A stretch of 17,208 nucleotides of DNA, from contig JBFRWD010000052.1 of the NCBI GenBank assembly GCA_051439425.1, positions 1 through 17,208 of the forward strand, read 5' to 3'. The position numbers were made by a program, and so were the translations under genes. Below the pieces are notes generated by a model. It did no database searches. It worked only from the letters and a program-made list of their open reading frames with translations, and had not been told where the DNA came from. Of the stretch, positions 8,412 through 14,800 are shown piece by piece. This stretch comes from Synechococcus sp. Lineage in GTDB: Bacteria > Cyanobacteriota > Cyanobacteriia > Thermostichales > PCC-7336. Each line of letters starts with the position of its first letter. The stretch's first letter is position 1.

Positions 8412-8516
8412 TGTAGCAATCTGCTGTAAGGTCTAGAGTCTGGGAACCACTCAAACCCTCGATCTAACGAGAAAAATGGCTGGTGGACTCCCCATAGCTG
8501 ATTGCAGAAAGCTATA
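8412..8516. repeat. MITE-like dispersed repeat, copy 2
   Basis: Imperfect terminal inverted repeat TGTAGCAATCTGC...GCAGAAAGCTATA (10/13). Shares the exact 21-mer CCATAGCTGATTGCAGAAAGC with copy 1. Confidence 0.8.
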
Positions 8517-8582
8517 TTGCTTGCCGGTAGCGAGTTGAGCGCTCTGAGTCCTGACGCTGCCAATATTCCCAAGCCAGAGTTC

Positions 8583-9452
8583 TTAAGGGATAGCGGGCAA
8601 TGAGTTGGTCGGGAATTGGACGGACAGGGTCTGTTGGCAATCGCCGTCACGCGTTCGAAGGAGCTGCCCCCCCATTGCCTCCAACATCATGCGTGGCACA
8701 TGCCAATAGAGAGCCTCACGTTCGCTGCTCTCTCCGCGTAATTGTCCGGTGGTTGCCAGCACTATTCGCGGTCCTTGATTCCATGTGTCATCTTCTAAAG
8801 CAGCTTTGGAGTCATTTCCCATCGTCAAGGGCGTCCTATCCACCATCACAGACAAAGTACCGTGTATCAGTTGTCCCAAACTCCACATCCCCAGCCCCAA
8901 TACAATTTGTTCGCAGCCATGTGGATCGGCAAGCAGGTCAACATCGCTGATAGTCCATTCCAAACGCAAGCCACGATCTTTAGCGATCGGCAACAGCAAC
9001 GGTTCCACCGGTTTCAACACGGTGGATAGAGAGATGGGGCGGGGAGAGAGAGGAAGAACGGGGCTTTCGTATCGAGACAGAGCAATACAATCAATAATCA
9101 ATTGCAGGTGGTTTTGGGCAGATTGGCGGGCGGCCCCCAGAAACTCTTGGATTTCCGATTGAGTCTCGCACAATCCAGATAGGACTAAATCGAGGGAGCC
9201 CAACTGACTGCTGAGGGGGCTGCGCAGTTCGTGTCCCAAATTTCCGAGCAAGTCTGTTTTAAAGCGGCGCAGCATTTCTGATCGCCAAAATGCTAATTCC
9301 CAATCGCTGTCCCTCTTACCGAATGGACTGGCCAAGCTGGCATCGTTAGCATCGGCCGCAGCATTGGTGGGGTCGGTCGGGACCGAACTGTTCAGCTTAG
9401 AGTCGGGCAAGAGGTCTCCAGCTGAGATCTCTCGAACAATCGGTTGGCCCAT
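8583..9452 (-). CDS. Atypical soluble histidine kinase-like protein (HisKA H-box intact, ATPase domain degenerate)
   Basis: H-box GNLGH(74)ELRSPL and a late EAMGGQL motif. The N-box position reads CEQIVLGLGMWSL, and there is no DxGxG box. No TM or sensor domain is evident. Confidence 0.8.
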   Translation of the reverse strand: MGQPIVREISAGDLLPDSKLNSSVPTDPTNAAADANDASLASPFGKRDSDWELAFWRSEMLRRFKTDLLGNLGHELRSPLSSQLGSLDLVLSGLCETQSEIQEFLGAARQSAQNHLQLIIDCIALSRYESPVLPLSPRPISLSTVLKPVEPLLLPIAKDRGLRLEWTISDVDLLADPHGCEQIVLGLGMWSLGQLIHGTLSVMVDRTPLTMGNDSKAALEDDTWNQGPRIVLATTGQLRGESSEREALYWHVPRMMLEAMGGQLLRTRDGDCQQTLSVQFPTNSLPAIP

Positions 9453-9482
9453 AGTGATTCCGTCCCCGGATACGTATTGGAA

Positions 9483-10052
9483 CTAATCAGATAGTTGATA
9501 AGCCCCCTGGCGTAAAATTTCCCAAGTTTGCTCCGTTTCGCTCCATCGAACCACGGATGAAGGAGTGGCTGCTTCCGGAAACGGGCGATCGAGCACGGTT
9601 ACTGACGGGAATGTGGCCTCGATTTGGGCTGGCGATGTCAAAGGGGCCGAGCCGGAAAGATTGGCGCTAGTCGTGGCCAGTGGCCCGGTTACTTGCAGGA
9701 TTTGACGGGCAATGGGCGAGGCGGGAATGCGGAGACCCACGCTGTCTCCATCCGAAATCGCTTGGGCTGGGACCAGAGGACTCGCTGGCAGCACTAATGT
9801 GAGTGGCCCCGGCCATCCCCGATCGATTTGCGCTTGCCAAGCCGGATGCCAACCCACAACGTAAGGTCGTAATCGATCGACAGAGGCTCCCATCAAGATT
9901 AAGGGCTTCAGGCGCGATCGCCCTTTCAATCGATAAATCCGATCGGCTTCTGTTGCCAACACTGCCAGGGCCGGAACCGTATCGGTGGGAAACGACACAA
10001 CATTCCCGGCAAGAGCTTGTGCAACGGTTTCGTCAATTGAAGCCAACACCAC
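9483..10052 (-). CDS. tsaC: L-threonylcarbamoyladenylate synthase (TsaC/YrdC/Sua5 family)
   Basis: Motifs SFPTDTVPAL, IYRLKGR..KPL, WPGPLTLVL, VGLRIP, PLATTSANLSG and ILRQG. Confidence 0.93.
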   Translation of the reverse strand: MVLASIDETVAQALAGNVVSFPTDTVPALAVLATEADRIYRLKGRSRLKPLILMGASVDRLRPYVVGWHPAWQAQIDRGWPGPLTLVLPASPLVPAQAISDGDSVGLRIPASPIARQILQVTGPLATTSANLSGSAPLTSPAQIEATFPSVTVLDRPFPEAATPSSVVRWSETEQTWEILRQGAYQLSD

Positions 10053-10133
10053 TATTTTCAGTCCTCAACAACCAATCATTCCCCAACAGCCAATCTGGAT
10101 GAGTTTAATGCTCGTCCTGATTCATAACTAATC

Positions 10134-10197
10134 GGCAGACTCAAATCAAATTGGCAGACTCAGTCAAACAGTCAGATTCAGTCAAACAGGCAGACTT
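10134..10197. repeat. Imperfect 18-19-bp tandem repeat, about 3.5 units, consensus GGCAGACTCAGTCAAACA
   Basis: Units start at 10134, 10153, 10171 and 10189 (partial). Confidence 0.85.
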
Positions 10198-11071
10198 AAA
10201 CATGCCGAGCACTGACAAATCGCTGGTTCCCATCTAGATCTGGGTGACGTTCAATGCGCTGGTAGCGCCCATCTTCTGCCAGTAACCTGGCAACCTTGTC
10301 GGCTTGGTCGTACATCAACTCTACTAACCAGCATCCCCCCGATTGCAAAAAATTGGGAGCCTCTTGAATGAGGTGGCGAACTGCATCCAATCCATCCGCT
10401 CCACCGTCCAAAGCTAATCGGGGTTCGCGATCGCGCACTTCTGGAGCCAAGTTCTCGACTGCTGTTGTGGGAATGTAGGGGGGGTTAGACACCATCCCTT
10501 GTAGCGGAAGCACCTTGTTGGCAGTTCCTCGCAAGGCACCGAACCATTCCCCCTGCAGTAACGTAATCTGCTGCTCTAGCCCGTGGCGTGACACATTGCG
10601 GGCAGCCACCTCCAGAGCTTGCCCGCTAATATCGACCGCGATCGCAGACAGCTTGGGAATTTCGCGAGCCATACCAATTGCGATCGCTCCGCTGCCCGTT
10701 CCCATATCCACCCATGTCCCTGGCTGGGGGAACTCAGCCAAGGCATCGAGAGCCAAGTCCACCAGCAACTCGGTTTCCGGACGGGGAATCAGTACAGCAT
10801 CGGTGACGGTGAGCTGCAGGCGTCGCCAAGTCACAGTATGCAATAACTGCTGGAGGGGAATGTTGCGATGAAGGCGTTGCTGCCACAGCGTATCCAGCTT
10901 CTCAAGAGAATATGAGTAGGGGGGAGGACGATGCATGATCCGATCCAATGCCGTCCAACCCGTAACTTCTCGAAGCAACCAATCCACCTCGGCTGCATCA
11001 ATATCGAAATTGGCTGCCTGCTGAATCGCCTCTCGACGCCAACGATCCAGGTCTACTGCATTTGCCTCCAT
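10196..11071 (-). CDS. prmC: Release factor glutamine N5-methyltransferase (PrmC/HemK)
   Basis: Motifs VLIPRPETE, DMGTGSGAIA, SNPPYI and EPRLALDGGADGL. ATG at 11071 has AGGGGA upstream; the ORF track start is 11125. Confidence 0.95.
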   Translation of the reverse strand: MEANAVDLDRWRREAIQQAANFDIDAAEVDWLLREVTGWTALDRIMHRPPPYSYSLEKLDTLWQQRLHRNIPLQQLLHTVTWRRLQLTVTDAVLIPRPETELLVDLALDALAEFPQPGTWVDMGTGSGAIAIGMAREIPKLSAIAVDISGQALEVAARNVSRHGLEQQITLLQGEWFGALRGTANKVLPLQGMVSNPPYIPTTAVENLAPEVRDREPRLALDGGADGLDAVRHLIQEAPNFLQSGGCWLVELMYDQADKVARLLAEDGRYQRIERHPDLDGNQRFVSARHV

Positions 11072-11801
11072 AACAATTCCCCTTATTCGGTCTTGATTCT
11101 CGCTGGTATTTTGCACTCCATCCAAAAAGTTACAAATCTCAATACGTGGCGCTAATCTTTAGGCCACTATCTTGCAAATCACTTCACGAGATTCACCGCT
11201 CGATTCCTGACAGAATCTTCACAACCAGAATGGAAACACACAAGCTTTATAGAAATAGTCATAGCCTACAAAACAGTAGAAAATACCTTGTACAGCTCAA
11301 ATCTCTTCGTAAGTTTTCTACGCTATCCCACAGAAGAAGAGCCTAAGGAACTTCATTCTCAAACCCCAATTTTCTGCCAAGAGGTTGTACGAGATATTCC
11401 CATCAAGATTCTTCAGTAGTTTCCCTTAGATAAGTCAAATCTGCCTTAATACAAGGCTGTTTGGAGGATCGGCATGTTCATCTCATCGGTAATGCTTGCA
11501 AGTGTTGCTGCAATATTCTGAAACGAATGAAATTTCAGTGAGATTATGTATTGACATTTTTTGGTCTTTGTCTGGTATTGCCTTTTTGGGCTTGGGTTGT
11601 GGTTGAAACCACGCATTTCACACATATTTCATTATTGTCATCTAGTTTTTATTACTGGGGTGATACAAATGGGTACTTTTAGCAGGGGCTAAATTTCAGT
11701 CTCTACTCATGGCTTCAACCATGAACTTCTGCGTACATGTTTGAGCAATTGAATACTGTGCTCTGAGCGAGCAGAAGAGATGCGATCGATACGGAATCCG
11801 A

Positions 11802-14800
11802 ATGAAAGTTAACAGCAGTTCTCTAGCTCTATGGGCAAGGCTTAACGGTCAGACAGATATCAACGATCGCGCTTGTGCAAGGTTCCATTCTTTCTCCGCA
11901 ACATCGCTGGGAACGCCTTCCCGTGGAGATTCGGTCGCTGGCCCCTGCGACGGTTCCTCTTCCACCACCACCTTTATTGCAGAGTGCCGTTCCCCAGAGC
12001 CTGTCAGCATGATGTCCACTACTTATTCCGAAATACTCTTCATCGATTCGTCTGTAGAAAACTACCAATCGCTGCTGGCATGTCTGCAACCCGGTGTTTT
12101 GGCGATCGTGCTTAGCCCTCAGCGGGATGGTGTGGTGCAAATCACCGAAATCTTGCAAGAGCATCTGAATGTCGAGACCGTTCACATCCTGTCTCATGGC
12201 TCACCCGGTTGCTTGTACTTAGGTAATACCTATCTAGGACTCAACAATTTACGCACGTACGCTTGGGCATTGACGGCTTGGTTCAAGCGATCGGCCCTCC
12301 ATCCTCAGAAACCTACTCTTGCACTCTATGGCTGCAACCTGGCAGCAGGAGATGCCGGCCAAGAGTTTATTGACAAATTGCACAACTCGACTGGTGCAGT
12401 AATTGCTGCATCTACAACCGTTGTGGGTAATTCATTGAGGGGAGGAAATTGGCAGCTAGATGCTGTTTCTGCTCCTTGGGACCCTGAAAAAACTGACGCC
12501 GAAAACACTCACACTAACTCTATTCACATCCCTTTTAATCAAGGAATCCTTAGCAACTACGCTGGGATTTTCATGTCAGGTGGCTCCGTTAATTCGACGT
12601 TTACGGTCAACAGAACAACCTCACCCGCCACCGCCAACCTCACGTCGGCTCCAAGTACTGGCTTTTCAGCACCTATCTTTGATACGTCTACACCAGGTGT
12701 TTTGTCATTTGAATCTACCAGCCCTGGCGAAACCTCTAGCGACGGCTCGGCAGATGTTGAAGGGACTGTCTCCAACGCATTCATTCAGCTCAATCGAGAC
12801 CCGTCGGAAGAACTCGTAAGTTTTACTATCGATTTGACCTATGATGCCGGCTTCGATGATGGCCTCTTCTTAGCAATCAATGGGGTCACTGTCGTTGATT
12901 TCGATGAATCCGATCATAGGACATCTACTATCTCAACTCGATACGGCAACGGTAATAACTGGCAACCGTGGAACAACGAAGGAAATCCTCAACTGCGTCT
13001 GATTATTGACAGCAGCGGAAATGCTCAAGTAGAGCTTCTGGTTGATCGAACAGATATCTCTGGTCGAGACAATATTCTCACCAGCATTTCAGGCTCGACC
13101 CCGAATCCTGTTCCAAACATCGATCTAGAAACTGGATTAACGTTCAGCTTTGCAGGCATTAACGATAATGGCCCCGGCGGTCGATCTACGGCTAACTTAT
13201 CAGCGTCTGCCACTTTCAACTGCCTACCAACCTCCACCTCCATCACCTCCCAAACCTCTAACGATGGCCAGACGGTAACGCTGGATGTCTCGGAGAACTT
13301 CTCGGATGTGGATGGCACCATCACCTCCTACTCCGTCTCCGGCTTACCGGACGGCCTCACCATTGACGCCAACGGGGTTATCTCCGGCAGCATCAATCCG
13401 AATGCGTCGGACCAAGAGAACGATGACAACGGCACGCAGAATTACAGCGTAACCGTCACGGCCACCGATGACGATGGAGCGACGGCCAGTCAAACCTTCA
13501 CCTACCGGGTGGATAACGTTGCGCCCGAGGCCGTCGATGACAGCTATTCCGTCGACGAAGACAACATTCTGACGGGTGTGAATGTCCTCGCCGGTAATCT
13601 CATCACTAACACCGGTGCCGATTCCGATGGTTCTCCGGATTCCGATACTCTCACCCTCATTGGCAACTCCGACCCCGCCAACGGGACAGTCACTATTACT
13701 TCTGACGGTGACTTAACCTACACCCCGGATGCCAACTTCAATGGAACGGACACGTTCACCTACACCATCAGCGATGGCAATGGCGGTAGCGATACCGCCA
13801 CCGTTACCGTCACCGTCACCGATATCAACGACGATCCGACTTCAACTAGCGTCGTCCCCCAAGAATCCACCGATGGGGAGACGGTAACGCTGGATGTGTC
13901 GGGGAACTTCTCGGATGTGGATGGCACTATCGCCTCATACTCCGTCTCCGGCTTACCGGACGGACTGACCATTAACAGTAGCGGGGTAATCTCTGGCCGA
14001 ATCAATCCGAATGCCTCCGACCAAGAGGACGACGACAGCGGCAGTCAGGATTACAGCGTCACCGTGACGGCCACCGATGATGACGGAGCCACCACCAGTC
14101 AAACCTTCACCTACACCGTCAATAACGTTGGTCCCGACGCCGTCGATGACAGCTATTCCGTTAACGAAGACACCACTCTGAGCGGCGTGAATGTGCTGAC
14201 GGGCCCCGGTGTAGATGTCGATGGTTCGTCGGATGCCGACACCCTCACCCTCATTGGGAATTCCGCCCCCGCCAACGGCAGCGTCAGCATTAGCAATACC
14301 GGTGACTTAACCTACACCTCGAATGCCAACTTCAACGGAACGGACACGTTCACCTACACCATCAGCGATGGCAATGGCGGTAGCGATACGGCGACCGTAA
14401 CGGTGAGTGTCAATGACATTAACGATGCTCCCACCTTCACCACTATCGATACCCAAACTAGCAATGATGGCGAAACGGTCTCGTTAAATGTCTCCGGGAA
14501 TTTCTCGGATGTGGATGGAACCATCGCCTCCTACAGCGTCAGCGGCTTACCCGACGGACTCAGCATTGACGCCAGCGGTGTGATTTCCGGCAGTATCAAT
14601 CCCAATGCCTCGGACCAAGCGGACGACGACAACGGCACTCAGGATTACAGCGTCACCGTCACGGCAACCGATGATGATGGAGCGACGACCAGTCAAACCT
14701 TTACATACACCGTCGATAACATCGACCCCAACGCCGTCGATGACAGCTTCACCACTGATGAAAACAGCATTCTGACTGGAGTCAATGTCCTCACGGGAGC

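Larger units (their letters stand above)
1983..10687. repeat. HIP1 octamers GCGATCGC (dispersed)
   Basis: Seen at 1983, 2606, 4802, 5585, 6298, 8042, 9914, 10427, 10638 and 10680. Confidence 0.9.

Noticed and set aside
8052..8650. ORFs 8052..8327 and 8324..8650
   Set aside because: They overlap real genes and run through the terminator and the MITE-like repeat, with no protein-like motifs.
10134..10197. Mini CRISPR array
   Set aside because: Units are contiguous with no spacers and are too short, and there are no cas genes in the window.
11146..11346. 66-aa + strand ORF
   Set aside because: AT-rich intergenic sequence overlapping an inverted-repeat element, with no supporting signal.
11551..11580. 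Sigma70 promoter for the adhesin (TTGACA at 11551)
   Set aside because: No convincing -10 hexamer at 16-18 nt spacing.
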